The notes under the pieces are model-generated. The model did no database searches. It saw nothing but the letters and a program-made list of their open reading frames with translations, and was not told the DNA's origin. 64,000 bases of DNA. Origin: an uncultured beta proteobacterium (lineage in GTDB: Bacteria; Pseudomonadota; Gammaproteobacteria; Burkholderiales; Casimicrobiaceae). The position numbers and the translations under genes were made by a program. Below, piece after piece: positions 1-9,206 of this stretch (the first letter of the stretch is position 1; every line of letters starts with the position of its first letter). The stretch lies in NCBI GenBank assembly GCA_963749795.1, contig CAVVOR010000001.1:87957-151956 (forward strand), in the 5' to 3' direction.

Positions 1-1
1 C

Positions 2-1288
2 CGGACGCTGCGCTTCGGCGACGGCCTTTATGGCGAGGCCGGGGCGATGCGCATTCCGACCCGACACGAGATAACACGTCGTTACATCGGCGAATTCGGA
101 CTGCCGCTGCGCAAGTTCGTCCTGTCGAATCCACAAGCGTATTACTTTATGCGCGGCGAGCAGCAACGCATCGCTGACGAAGCGAAAATTCGCCTCCTCT
201 ATGCGATGCGGCCGGACGAGGCGGTGAAAAGCTCGGACCAGATGTGGACGGAGACGGTCGGCAAGGTCGTCACCGGTCTCGACGATGCGGAACGCAAGGA
301 TCTCACCGCCGTGACGCTGTCCACCGCGAAAGTGCGCGGTCTCGATCAACAGTCGCTGCTGCAGATTTTCGAAAGCGGAGGCTTATCGGACGAAGCGATC
401 GAGTTTCTTGCGGTCACACAGGGCCAGGAAACGGAGCTCGCCACGGCAGCCACTGAAACGGTGCGCGAGGAATTGCTCGAAGTGTGGTCGCAGGGCTTCG
501 ACGAGATCGTCGGCGGTACCGACCGGCTTGCGTCCGCCTTCACCGCGCGACTGCATACCAAGCCGAAGCTGGGCTGCGAGGTCGTTCGCCTGACCCAAGA
601 CACAGGTCGCAACCAAGCCAGCGCCGTCTACCGCGACCAGGGTGTCACGCGACAAGTCGAAGGCGACTTCGTACTGTGCACATTGCCGTTCTCCGTACTG
701 TCGCGGATTTCGGTCGAACCAGAGTTGTCGGGACCGAAATTGCGTGCGATTCGCGAACTCAACTACGATTCATCGACCAAGGTCCTTGTCGTTTCTAATC
801 GCCGCTTCTGGGAAACGGACGACGGCATCTATGGCGGGGGCACATTCACCGACTTGCCGACGGGAACGACTTACTATCCATCGGACAACGCGCAGGCAAA
901 GGATCGGCATGTGTCGCAAGGACCCGGCGTCATGCTCGGTTCCTACTCGTGGGGGCAGGCGGCCAGACGACTGGCGAGCCTGCCGCACCCGCAACGCGCG
1001 GCGATGGTGCTCGAACATCTGTCACGTGTGCATCCGCAGCTAAAATCGGCGGGGATGGTTCGGCAGACGGCGAGCTGGAGCTGGGACAATCATCCGTGGA
1101 GCAGCGGCGCATTTGCCTGGTTCATGCCGGGACAGCACACCGCTTTGTATCGTCACATCATCGCCCCTGAGGGACGCATTCATTTTGCGGGAGAGCACGC
1201 GTCGTTGACGCACACCTGGATGCAGGGTGCGCTTCAATCAGGATTGCGCGCGGTCGGCGAAATGCTGGAGGCTGCCCACCGCAGCTAG
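2..1288 (+). CDS. flavin-containing amine oxidase family protein (5' end outside window)
   Basis: Frame of ORF 47..1288 stays open back to base 2 (..GEAGAMRIP..). The C-terminal FAGEHASLTHTWMQGALQSG motif is typical of FAD amine oxidases. Confidence 0.85.
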   Translation, partial: RTLRFGDGLYGEAGAMRIPTRHEITRRYIGEFGLPLRKFVLSNPQAYYFMRGEQQRIADEAKIRLLYAMRPDEAVKSSDQMWTETVGKVVTGLDDAERKDLTAVTLSTAKVRGLDQQSLLQIFESGGLSDEAIEFLAVTQGQETELATAATETVREELLEVWSQGFDEIVGGTDRLASAFTARLHTKPKLGCEVVRLTQDTGRNQASAVYRDQGVTRQVEGDFVLCTLPFSVLSRISVEPELSGPKLRAIRELNYDSSTKVLVVSNRRFWETDDGIYGGGTFTDLPTGTTYYPSDNAQAKDRHVSQGPGVMLGSYSWGQAARRLASLPHPQRAAMVLEHLSRVHPQLKSAGMVRQTASWSWDNHPWSSGAFAWFMPGQHTALYRHIIAPEGRIHFAGEHASLTHTWMQGALQSGLRAVGEMLEAAHRS

Positions 1289-1301
1289 CGGTGGCCGGCA
1301 A

Positions 1302-2148
1302 CTAACGAGTTCGTGCACCCGCGGCCAGCGCGCGTGCTGGAGCATCGCCGACACCCGTTGCGAGCCATTTGAGCAACGGATCGGCGACCGTTTCCCAATC
1401 GCGTTCCAGCATCATCATGTGCGCAAGACCCGGCACGATGAGGGGGTCGATACCGTAGAGCAGCGCCGTGGCATTGACGTCGGAAGGCGTGGCAATGCGG
1501 TCGTCCTTCGCCCCCAGCACCATCAGCTTCGTGGCCGCAAACGGTTTGGGGTCACGCATGCGCAGCGTGAGGTCGAAGATGGCGCGCGGCGATTCCACAC
1601 CGAGATGTTCCATCGCTTCGGCGAGAATCGCCGGCGCCACCTTGTCGCTGAAATACATCGGACGCAGCGCCACCATGATGTCGCCCGCGAGATGCGGCGC
1701 ATCGAGCCTTTGCATGTTAACCAGATATTCCGGTTGCCACGCAAGCAGGCGTCCCGCGACCGGGCCAAGGCCGGCCGGGCGGAATGGGCGCCAACAGCGC
1801 GGCGGCGCGCACGGCCTGCATGGTGATCACCCGTTCGACGATCGTCGCGCCCATGGAATGACCAATCAGCACCGGCGCCGATGGCAGCTGAGCCATCACG
1901 TGACGCACATCGGCGACGTAGTCCTCGAGGCCGGCGACGAACAACGAATCATGGCCGCCGCTGGTGCCATGTCCGCGCAGGCTTAACGCGTAGGCGGGAT
2001 AGCCTCGTGCCGCGAAAAACGGCAGAAAATATGGTTCCCAGCACCAGGCGTCGCAATAGCCGCCGTGGACAAAAAGCAGCGGCGGCTTCGCCGTCGCTTT
2101 TGCCGGCAGCCTCGATCGTATTTCTATACTGGATTCGGGTGGGAGCAT
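1302..2148 (-). pseudogene. alpha/beta-fold hydrolase split by one extra base
   Basis: ORF 1717..2148 has the HGG motif and GHSMG nucleophile elbow. ORF 1302..1715 is the C-terminal half. They join as LAPIPP|AGLGPVAGRLLAWQPEYLVNMQRL if one G of the GGG run at 1777-1779 is dropped. Length is 1 mod 3. Confidence 0.75.
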
Positions 2149-2334
2149 CGTGGTGCTGGAGCCTTAAGGATCGCGTGCTAACATCGGCCCCTGTCACGAC
2201 GCGATGGATTTGATTGTCGGGCGCCTCGGGCCTTATTTGCGCCCGTCCCGCGACCGTCGGCAAGTAAGGCGCTGTTGCTGTAGCGGGCCAGCTGACCATT
2301 GCGGACCGCTCGACAGCCCAAACATTGATCTTAC

Positions 2335-3033
2335 ATGAGTCGCCAGTTGCCGCGTGGACCCGTTGCCATGGTCCCTGTCACCAACGCCTACGATCTGGAC
2401 TGCCGGCGTTGCGTTCGCCTGGCTGCCTTTCTTGATGATGTGCATGCGGCACACCCGTCGTACTTCTGCCGCCCGGTACCGCCGTTTGGAGACGCGAACG
2501 CGCGGCTGGTCATCGTCGGCCTCGCGCCCGGCATGCACGGCGCCAATGCGACAGGACGCCCGTTCACCGGGGACTATGCGGGGATCATTCTCTATGAAAC
2601 GCTGCACAAGTACGGTTTCGCCACCAAGGCGCAATCGACTGGTGTCGAGGATGGGCTCGAGCTCGTCGACGCGCGCATCACCAACGCGGTCAAATGTTTG
2701 CCGCCAGGAAACAAGCCTCTGCCCGCCGAAATCAGGACATGCAACGCCTTTCTCGCGCGCGAGCTCGCCGGAGTGCCGCCGGGCGCCGCAATCCTGGCGC
2801 TGGGACGCATTGCACACGACGCCACACTGCTTGCATTTGGGTTACCTTCGCGAGGCCACGCGTTTTCGCATGCGGGCGAGCACGCGTTGCCGCGTGGCGT
2901 CCGCCTGTTCGACAGCTATCATTGCAGCCGCTACAACACCAATACGCGACGACTGACTACGCCGATGTTCGAGCAGGTGTTCGCGTCGATTGTGCGGCAC
3001 CTCTCCGCACCAGCGACCGCAAAACTCGGGTGA
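2335..3033 (+). CDS. uracil-DNA glycosylase superfamily protein (family 4/5-like)
   Basis: VIVGLAPGMHGANATGRPFTGD motif and a C-terminal SYHCSRYNTNT motif. Stop lies 4 nt before the uvrC start. Confidence 0.75.
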   Translation: MSRQLPRGPVAMVPVTNAYDLDCRRCVRLAAFLDDVHAAHPSYFCRPVPPFGDANARLVIVGLAPGMHGANATGRPFTGDYAGIILYETLHKYGFATKAQSTGVEDGLELVDARITNAVKCLPPGNKPLPAEIRTCNAFLARELAGVPPGAAILALGRIAHDATLLAFGLPSRGHAFSHAGEHALPRGVRLFDSYHCSRYNTNTRRLTTPMFEQVFASIVRHLSAPATAKLG

Positions 3034-3037
3034 ACGA

Positions 3038-5020
3038 ATGACCATCCCCGAGAACGACGATCCCGCCGGCGTCACAGCAAAGCGAAGTCGCGATCGCGCT
3101 GCGGAGTCGCGGCCGCCGGCTGCGCGATTCGACGTCCGCGAATTGCTCGCTTCGCTGCCCAATCGGCCCGGGGTGTATCGGATGATCAGCGCATCCGGCG
3201 ATACCTTGTATGTCGGCAAGGCGCGCGACCTTAAGAAAAGGGTCTCAAGCTACTTCCAGAAAACCGATCACCATCCGCGTACCGCCTCGATGGTGGCTCA
3301 AGTCGCCGGCGTCGACACGACCGTCACGCGCTCAGAAGGCGAAGCGCTTCTGCTCGAGAATAACCTGATCAAGGCGCATCAGCCGCGTTACAACGTACTG
3401 TTTCGCGACGACAAGAGCTATCCGTACGTCTGTTTGACGGGCGAAACGTTTCCGCAGCTGCGATTCCATCGCGGCAAGCTGGAAAAACCGCATCGCTACT
3501 TCGGACCTTTCCCCAGCGCCGGTGCCGTACGCGAAGGGATGACGGTTCTGCAGAAAGTATTTCTTCTGCGCACCTGCGAGGCAAGCGTGTTCGCCAACCG
3601 CTCGCGACCCTGCATGCTGTATCAGATCCAGCGTTGTACCGCGCCTTGCGTCGGCCTGATTTCGGAGGCCGACTACCAGGAGGACGTTCGCAACGCGACG
3701 CTATTTCTGCAGGGCAAGACCGGCGAAGTATTGGCTGGATTGCAGCGGCAGATGGAAGAGGCTGCGGCGGCACTGGCATTCGAACGCGCGGCGGGACTGC
3801 GTGACAAGATCACGCGCTTGCAGCAGCTACAGTCCAGACAGTTCGTCGAGAGCGCGACCGCGGGCGACATCGACGTCGTTGCCGGCGTGGCGGAGCGGGG
3901 ACTGACAGCGGTGAACGTCGTCATGATCCGCGGTGGCAGGCACGTCGGCGACCGGACGTATTTTCCGCAACATGCGGAAGGCGTTGCCTTGGACGAGATC
4001 GTTCCTGCGTTCCTGTTGCAGCACTATCTGGATCGCGTGGTGCCGCCGGTGATTGTCGCAACGGCGCTGGCGACCGACGCCGCAGCAGAAGTCCCGAGCG
4101 AAGGTGCTGGTGAAGGTGCTGGTGAAGGTGCGAGCGGGGCCGACTTGCCCGAGACCATCGAATCGAGCGAGAGTGAAGTTCTCGCGGAAGTATTGTCGTC
4201 ACAATCGGGGCACAAGGTGCAACTGATCACCAGGCCGGGTGGCGAGCGGCGCGTGTGGGTCACGATGGCAATCCAGAATGCGGAATTCGCGATCCGACAG
4301 AAGCTCGCGCAAAAAGCGACGCAGGACGAGCGGCTTGCGGCATTGCAGGAAGCGCTTGGATTGCCCGCATCGGTGCAGCGCATCGAGTGCTTCGATGTCA
4401 GCCACACGATGGGCGAGTCTGCCGTCGCCAGTTGCGTCGTGTTCGATCGCCTCGCCATGCAGACGAGCGAATACCGGCGTTTCAACGTAAAGCCGGCCAC
4501 GGGAGGTGACGATTACGCAGCCATGCGCGAGGCGCTGACACGGCGAGTCGCCCGCATAGTCGCGGGAGAGTATCCTGCACCGGACTTGCTGGTCATCGAT
4601 GGTGGCAGAGGTCAGGTTGGCGTCGCCGCCGAAGTGTTGGCGGAGCAGGGTTTGCATGGGACGCAGCTAATCGGCATCGCCAAAGGGCCCGAGCGAAAAC
4701 CGGGAGAGGAAGAGATCATCTTTCCCGCGAGAGAAAAGGCCTTACAATTGTCGCCGGACCATCCGGGATTGCATTTGCTGCAGCAGATTCGGGACGAGGC
4801 GCACCGGTTTGCCATCCAAGGACATCGGGCGCGCCGCGCCAAGACCCGGAACACGTCGACGCTGGAGGCGATTGCCGGCATCGGTGCTCGTAAGCGACAG
4901 GCCTTGCTGGCTCACTTCGGTGGACTCAAGGGCGTGCAGGCGGCAAGCGTGGATGATCTGGCGCGCGTGCCGGGGATCAGCCGAGCGCTGGCAGATCGCA
5001 TTTTTACTGAATTGCATTAG
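3038..5020 (+). CDS. uvrC: excinuclease ABC subunit C
   Basis: GIY-YIG N-terminus (GVYRMISASGDTLYVGKARDLKKRVSSYF), UvrBC domain, C-terminal HhH (GIGARKRQALLAHFGGL). ATG at 3038 is preferred over the ORF-track start at 2990, which overlaps the UDG gene. Confidence 0.95.
   Translation: MTIPENDDPAGVTAKRSRDRAAESRPPAARFDVRELLASLPNRPGVYRMISASGDTLYVGKARDLKKRVSSYFQKTDHHPRTASMVAQVAGVDTTVTRSEGEALLLENNLIKAHQPRYNVLFRDDKSYPYVCLTGETFPQLRFHRGKLEKPHRYFGPFPSAGAVREGMTVLQKVFLLRTCEASVFANRSRPCMLYQIQRCTAPCVGLISEADYQEDVRNATLFLQGKTGEVLAGLQRQMEEAAAALAFERAAGLRDKITRLQQLQSRQFVESATAGDIDVVAGVAERGLTAVNVVMIRGGRHVGDRTYFPQHAEGVALDEIVPAFLLQHYLDRVVPPVIVATALATDAAAEVPSEGAGEGAGEGASGADLPETIESSESEVLAEVLSSQSGHKVQLITRPGGERRVWVTMAIQNAEFAIRQKLAQKATQDERLAALQEALGLPASVQRIECFDVSHTMGESAVASCVVFDRLAMQTSEYRRFNVKPATGGDDYAAMREALTRRVARIVAGEYPAPDLLVIDGGRGQVGVAAEVLAEQGLHGTQLIGIAKGPERKPGEEEIIFPAREKALQLSPDHPGLHLLQQIRDEAHRFAIQGHRARRAKTRNTSTLEAIAGIGARKRQALLAHFGGLKGVQAASVDDLARVPGISRALADRIFTELH
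4100..4132 (+). repeat. 12-nt in-frame tandem repeat (GAAGGTGCTGGT x2.7) encoding EGAG EGAG EGA inside uvrC
   Basis: Read directly: gaaggtgctggt gaaggtgctggt gaaggtgcg. Confidence 0.9.
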
Positions 5021-5094
5021 CACGATCTCCGACCGGAGCGCATGACCCAATCCACCGTGTCGTCGAATCAGAAAGTTCCTGCGTCGTCCAACTC

Positions 5095-5682
5095 ATGCTG
5101 TTCAATGTTCCCACCGCGCTCACCTGGCTCCGGATCATTCTGATTCCGGTGTTCGTCGGCGTTTACTATTTACCTAACGCGTGGATGTCGTTGCCGCACA
5201 AGAACTGGCTGGCGATGAGCGTGTTCGCTCTGGCCGCGATTACCGATTGGGCCGATGGATATCTCGCACGCAAATTGGGACAGACCTCGGCGTTCGGCGC
5301 GTTCCTCGATCCGGTCGCCGACAAGCTGATGGTCGCGGCGGCGCTGATCCTGCTGGTCTGGCTCGATCGCGCGGAGGCCTGGCTCGCCATCATCATCATC
5401 GGTCGTGAGATCGCGATATCGGCGCTGCGCGAGTGGATGGCGCAGCTTGGTCAATCGAAGAGTGTCGCGGTGGCATTCATCGGCAAGGTCAAGACTGGCG
5501 CGCAAATCACCGCCATCATTGCCTTGCTGCTGTTCCAGCCGGTGATTCCGGGTATCAACACCGTGTGGCTCGGCACGACGGCATTGTGGGTCGCGGCGAT
5601 TCTGACGCTGTGGTCGATGTTCCACTATCTACGCATCGCCGCGCCCCATTTTCGCGCCAAGCCCAAGCGCGATCCTTTCTGA
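5095..5682 (+). CDS. pgsA: CDP-diacylglycerol--glycerol-3-phosphate 3-phosphatidyltransferase
   Basis: CDP-alcohol phosphatidyltransferase motif DWADGYLARKLGQTSAFGAFLDPVADKL. Conserved uvrC-pgsA-tRNA neighbourhood. Confidence 0.9.
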   Translation: MLFNVPTALTWLRIILIPVFVGVYYLPNAWMSLPHKNWLAMSVFALAAITDWADGYLARKLGQTSAFGAFLDPVADKLMVAAALILLVWLDRAEAWLAIIIIGREIAISALREWMAQLGQSKSVAVAFIGKVKTGAQITAIIALLLFQPVIPGINTVWLGTTALWVAAILTLWSMFHYLRIAAPHFRAKPKRDPF

Positions 5683-5744
5683 TCGGGCCGCACGTCGTTG
5701 CGGCGGTGAAAGGGTTGTCCGGTGTTGGCGCAGCCGGCAGCGAA

Positions 5745-5774
5745 TTGACCCGGGTATGGTCGAGCGACTATAAT
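5745..5774 (+). promoter_or_regulatory. sigma70-type promoter for tRNA-Asn
   Basis: TTGACC (5745-5750), 18-nt spacer, TATAAT (5769-5774), 10 nt before the mature tRNA 5' end. Confidence 0.6.
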
Positions 5775-5784
5775 GTTCGGCTGT

Positions 5785-5860
5785 TCCCTGATAGCTCAGT
5801 TGGTAGAGCGACGGACTGTTAATCCGCAGGTCCCTGGTTCGAGCCCAGGTCGGGGAGCCA
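5785..5860 (+). tRNA. tRNA-Asn (anticodon GTT)
   Basis: 76-nt cloverleaf folded by hand. Acceptor TCCCTGA/TCGGGGA, D arm GCTC..GAGC, anticodon loop CTGTTAA, T arm CCTGG TTCGAGC CCAGG, encoded CCA. Close to my recollection of E. coli tRNA-Asn. Confidence 0.93.
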
Positions 5861-5868
5861 AGCTACAT

Positions 5869-5900
5869 GCGGCCCGCAGCGATGCGGGCCGTTTCTTTTT
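5869..5900 (+). terminator. rho-independent terminator after tRNA-Asn
   Basis: GCGGCCCGCA gcga TGCGGGCCGT stem followed by TTCTTTTT. Confidence 0.7.
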
Positions 5901-6051
5901 GCTCCGCAATTCTGGCTTTGCTCCGCAAAAATGTGGATAACCTGATCAGCGCGATCGATTGCTGAGGCAATACAGTCCTGGGCCAGCGGCACACATTTGG
6001 TGTGGCAGATGCGTAGATTCGCGCCGCGCCTCCGCACCTGAATATCATACT

Positions 6052-6118
6052 AAACAGTTATTTTTGAACTGTTTCTTTCAAAATACCGTAGGACCCCGTG
6101 GACGACCACGTAGCTCCG
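6052..6118 (+). other. orphan TetR-family 5' end (about 17 codons) preceded by an operator-like palindrome
   Basis: AAACAGTT-N7-AACTGTTT palindrome at 6052-6074. Then ..FQNTVGPRGRPRSS.. parallels the start of the intact TetR gene at 7337 (..IQNTARPRGRPRSF..), with mostly synonymous codon differences. Similarity stops after about 6118. Confidence 0.45.
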
Positions 6119-6213
6119 GCAATCTCCCGCTGATTCACCGCGATCAGGTCAGCCGCGATCGGGCCTTTCTTCAGGACACCGCTCTCAAGGTGCTGCGGAA
6201 GACGACGAATTTT

Positions 6214-7221
6214 CTATGTCAATCCGACGGGCCGTTTTGGCATCAGCGGACCCGCATGAGACGCGGGTCTGACAGGCGATAAATTGACGCCGGAGACATT
6301 GACGACGGCCTGCCACGCGGCTTCCTGGTTGGCGCCATCGAGGAGATGTGGTTGGAGTTGCACTTCCATCGGGCCTGAGAACTTCCCTTGAGCCGAGGCG
6401 AAGAATTGCCCTGATACGTCGGTTCCGAACTCCGACGCCTGGAGGTAGCGACGGGCCGCGGTCTCCGGCGCCTGATTCATGCCGGGAATGCGGTTCACGA
6501 TTGGAATCATCAGATACTTCAACAACGGGCCAGCATTTCGCGCCACATTGGTGGCGTTCGACGCACCGGGCGATACGGCGTACACGGCCATGCCGGAGGG
6601 CAGCCGGCGGGCCAGCGCCGCGGCCCACCAAGCGACAATGAGCTTCGCGTCGGCATACGCATTGTTGGGCGCGTACTTCACGTGCGGCCCGTTGCGAATC
6701 AGGGCTTCAACAGCGGCGGTTTGGTCACCCCGGAAGTATTTAGCCGCGAAGGCGAACGCGTCGGTGTACTTGAACATGGGCACGCCCCCGCGGGCAGGCT
6801 CCGCGCTGGTGATAACGATCCGCGCGTTGGGGCTCAGCAGGTTGGCGCGAAGCAACCCGACAGTCAGTTGATGGTGGCCGATCAGCGGGGCTTGAGAAGC
6901 CTCGATGCCCGCCGCAGTGAGCACACGATTCTTGCCTGGAACCATCCCTGCATTGAGCAGCAGGAAATCGATCGGCTGACCCCGCTTGACCAGTTCGGCG
7001 AGTGCGGACTGAACGCTGGACGACGAGTCCAGATCCAACTCCAACGGCGTGAAGATTTTTTTCTTGATCTCAGCCGCGAGTTGAGCAGCCGTATGCTGGA
7101 CCGCGCCAAGCCTGCGTCCGGTGACGATGACCTGTTTATAGCCCTTGGCGGCGAGCAAGCCGGCTGCCGCATAACCGAGCCCGGATGTGGCGCCGGTGAT
7201 GAGGGCGATTGAATGTTCCAT
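6214..7221 (-). CDS. SDR-family oxidoreductase
   Basis: N-terminal ALITGATSGLGYAAAGLLA Rossmann motif. Divergent from the TetR gene. Confidence 0.85.
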   Translation of the reverse strand: MEHSIALITGATSGLGYAAAGLLAAKGYKQVIVTGRRLGAVQHTAAQLAAEIKKKIFTPLELDLDSSSSVQSALAELVKRGQPIDFLLLNAGMVPGKNRVLTAAGIEASQAPLIGHHQLTVGLLRANLLSPNARIVITSAEPARGGVPMFKYTDAFAFAAKYFRGDQTAAVEALIRNGPHVKYAPNNAYADAKLIVAWWAAALARRLPSGMAVYAVSPGASNATNVARNAGPLLKYLMIPIVNRIPGMNQAPETAARRYLQASEFGTDVSGQFFASAQGKFSGPMEVQLQPHLLDGANQEAAWQAVVNVSGVNLSPVRPASHAGPLMPKRPVGLT

Positions 7222-7336
7222 GGGGGCTCCGTGGTGAAAGGGGGTCGAGTCGTGAGGCCCCCGCGAGGCGAGGGCCGGCTTGCTATTTTCGAACTATTCA
7301 GTTATATATTGGTGCGGTGACCATTGTCAATGAATT
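7222..7336. promoter_or_regulatory. divergent promoter/operator region between the SDR and TetR genes
   Basis: A/T-rich 115-bp spacer with short inverted repeats (AACTattcAGTT at 7292-7303; TTGAAccaaatgaTTCAA across the TetR start). No experimental support. Confidence 0.35.
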
Positions 7337-7960
7337 TTGAACCAAATGATTCAAAATACCGCTAGGCCGCGGGGTCGACCGCGCAGCTTCGACGAGACGG
7401 GGGCGCTGGACAAGGCGACTCAGGTGTTCTGGTCGAAAGGCTACGACGGAGTGACGATCGACGATCTCGTCGCCGGGATGGGCGTAGGACGGCCGAGCCT
7501 GTATGCCGTCTTCGGGGACAAGCGGGCGATATTCTTGCGCGTCCTTATGGCGTACGCGGAACGGAAGGGCGCATTAGCCGCGAAGGCACTCCTCGCACCT
7601 CAGACTATTCGCGACGCGATCGCGGACTTTCTGAGGTACGCCGTCGAAAGTGCGACCCAGAAAGGGTCCGCCCGGGGCTGCCTCATGATGTGCGTCGCGC
7701 CGCTTGTGAATGACGCTGAGGTTCAGCGGTTCCTGCAGCGCGCCGTCGCGGGCGGCGTGGCGCTGGTGGAGCGCCGTTTCCGGGACGGGATCAGCGCGGG
7801 AGAAATCCCGCCTGACTTTCCGGTGGCCGTGCGCGCGGTCCAAGTCACAGATTTTGCTCGTGCCTTGACCATGCGTGCGCAGATAGGCACGCCGCGCAAG
7901 ACGCTCCTCAAAGAGGCAGAGGAAGCAACCGACTTGGTGCTTCAGCCGCGGCGCGTCTGA
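7337..7960 (+). CDS. TetR/AcrR-family transcriptional regulator
   Basis: HTH region LDKATQVFWSKGYDGVTIDDLVAGMGVGRPSLYAVFGDK. Confidence 0.9.
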   Translation: MNQMIQNTARPRGRPRSFDETGALDKATQVFWSKGYDGVTIDDLVAGMGVGRPSLYAVFGDKRAIFLRVLMAYAERKGALAAKALLAPQTIRDAIADFLRYAVESATQKGSARGCLMMCVAPLVNDAEVQRFLQRAVAGGVALVERRFRDGISAGEIPPDFPVAVRAVQVTDFARALTMRAQIGTPRKTLLKEAEEATDLVLQPRRV

Positions 7961-8219
7961 CGGGTTATCGGAAACAATTCACTGAGAAATGACCATGACA
8001 ACTGACATGAGCGGGCGACCTGGAGCATTTCGCAAGTCCGGCCATGGTTTCTATGCGTACGGCTGACTTGGTTTTGGACGCAAGGCCGTGTTGTCGACGC
8101 GTCGCTCTGATTCGACGCGTCAGTCCACTCCCAATCGCGTACGTGCATTTGCCGGCGTGAGCGCCGGTCGGCCTGCCATCTTAATGGAAAGTGGCGCACG
8201 CCACGACTTTCCCGATTTG

Positions 8220-9185
8220 CTATTGCGCCTTGATCCCCGCGGCCTTGATGACCTTCGCCGAATCCTCGATTTCCGCCTGCACGAACTTGTGGAACTCGGC
8301 TGGGGTCATCGGCATCGGTTCGGCACCCAGCGTCGCGAGCCGCTCCTTGACGTCGGGCGCCTGCGCCGCCCGGTCGATGTCCTTGTTGATCTTGTCGACG
8401 ATGTCCGGCGGCGTTCCGGCCGGCGCGAACACGCCGACCCACAGGTTGTAGTCGAATCCCGGCAACGCCGCCTCGGCGATCGTCGGTACGTTGGGCAATG
8501 CGCTCGACCGCTTGGCCGTACTCACCCCCAGCGCGATCAGCTTGCCTTCGCGCACGTTGGGTAACGCCGCCGAGATCGGTGAAAAGAAAAACGTGACGCG
8601 GCCGGCCAGCGTGTCGTTAAGCGCCTCGGGCGTGCCTTTGTAGGGGATGTGCACGACGTCGATGCCGGCCGCGAGCTTGAATTTCTCCGCGTTGATATGC
8701 GTGCCGCTGCCGGTGCCGGCGGATCCGAAGTTAAGTTGCCCGGGTTTTTGCTTGGCCAGCGCGATCAGCTCCGCGACGGACTTGACCCCGGTGGCTGGCG
8801 CGACGATGAGCACGTTGGGTTGCCCGGCGAGAGGTGCAATCTCGGCGAAATCCTTGGACGTGTCGTAGGAAAGCGTCGGGTAGATCGACGCGTTGTAAGC
8901 CTGCGCAGCGGAGTTCACCAGCAGCGTGTAGCCGTCGGGCGGGGATTTCGCCACCACCGCGGCGCCGATCGTGCCCCCGGCCCCCGGGCGGTTCTCGACG
9001 ATCACCGACTGGCCCCACATCTCCGACAATTTCTGACCAAAGGTGCGCGCCAGGATGTCGGTGGCGCTACCCGCGGTGAACGGAACGATGAGACGCACGG
9101 TCTTGTTCGGATAACCCTGTCCCGTCGCCAACGGCACGCAACAAAGCGCAATCGCGATGCCGGCAATCCAGCGCCCGAGTTTCAT
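8220..9185 (-). CDS. Bug/TctC-family tripartite tricarboxylate transporter substrate-binding protein
   Basis: Signal peptide, then YPNKTVRLIVPFTAGSATD.., the characteristic Bug-family N-terminus. About 320 aa. Confidence 0.9.
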   Translation of the reverse strand: MKLGRWIAGIAIALCCVPLATGQGYPNKTVRLIVPFTAGSATDILARTFGQKLSEMWGQSVIVENRPGAGGTIGAAVVAKSPPDGYTLLVNSAAQAYNASIYPTLSYDTSKDFAEIAPLAGQPNVLIVAPATGVKSVAELIALAKQKPGQLNFGSAGTGSGTHINAEKFKLAAGIDVVHIPYKGTPEALNDTLAGRVTFFFSPISAALPNVREGKLIALGVSTAKRSSALPNVPTIAEAALPGFDYNLWVGVFAPAGTPPDIVDKINKDIDRAAQAPDVKERLATLGAEPMPMTPAEFHKFVQAEIEDSAKVIKAAGIKAQ

Positions 9186-9206
9186 GTCGATCTCCTTACG
9201 CTACGC

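Noticed and set aside
244-1237. Many 60-130-aa ORFs overlapping the amine oxidase gene on both strands. The same phenomenon recurs throughout, e.g. 16933..17787, 23137..24213, 32143..33297, 40385..41395, 57278..58180.
   Set aside because: These are typical high-GC shadow ORFs: Arg/Pro/Ala-rich, with no motifs, and always nested inside a gene with clear family signatures.
2990-3037. ORF-track start of uvrC at 2990
   Set aside because: It overlaps the UDG gene and adds a non-conserved MCGTSPHQ.. leader. The ATG at 3038 follows the UDG stop directly.
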